A stretch of DNA of 64,000 nt from NCBI GenBank assembly GCA_964016885.1, contig CAXHJY010000370.1, forward strand, positions 1 through 64,000, given 5' to 3'. Made by a program: the position numbers and the translations under genes. This DNA comes from Eledone cirrhosa. Its lineage: Eukaryota. How positions within the stretch are numbered: the first letter of the stretch is position 1; each line of letters begins with the position of its first letter. The notes beneath the pieces were generated by a model. That model saw nothing but the letters and a program-made list of their open reading frames with translations. It did not search any database and was not told the DNA's origin. This document shows positions 63,863 through 64,000 of the stretch, one piece after another.

Positions 63863-63958
63863 GACATATTACAATCGTTTCTCTTGCGACCAGCTCCAGG
63901 CACGATCGATGTGATGATCGAACCTGACTCTGAAAATCGCAAGGTCCTCAGATACGTC
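63863..63958 (-). ncRNA. Hammerhead with extended stem II (second copy)
   Basis: rc: GACGTAT CTGAGGA CCTTGCGA..TCGCAAGA GAAA CGATTG TA ATATGTC. Confidence 0.7.
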
Positions 63959-64000
63959 TTGATTCTACGAAGCAGATTTTCCGATGGGAAAATTATATAA

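Overview
Eukaryotic, extremely microsatellite-rich genomic DNA. The SINE families and (TA)n/(CA)n load suggest an octopod cephalopod (inference). Nearly all ORFs in the supplied track ([12 protein letters not shown], poly-V/T) are microsatellite artefacts. Recognisable protein coding is limited to one clan-2 cytochrome P450 first coding exon (minus, 26710-27223) and transposon fragments: RTE-type LINE pieces, a CR1-like tail, a Penelope-like GIY-YIG endonuclease and a mariner derivative. About 20 tRNA-derived SINEs are also present. The main hidden signal is about 20 hammerhead-ribozyme (HHR) motifs (stem I-CUGANGA-stem II-GAAA-stem III-UH-stem I') from roughly a dozen unrelated sequence families. 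They sit in 100-600 bp cassettes mostly embedded in (TA)n tracts, often as fold-back palindromes. One lies directly downstream of the Penelope-like GIY-YIG ORF and one in a 420-bp tandem, retrozyme-like unit. All coordinates and folds were read by eye; repeat boundaries are approximate and ribozyme activity is untested.
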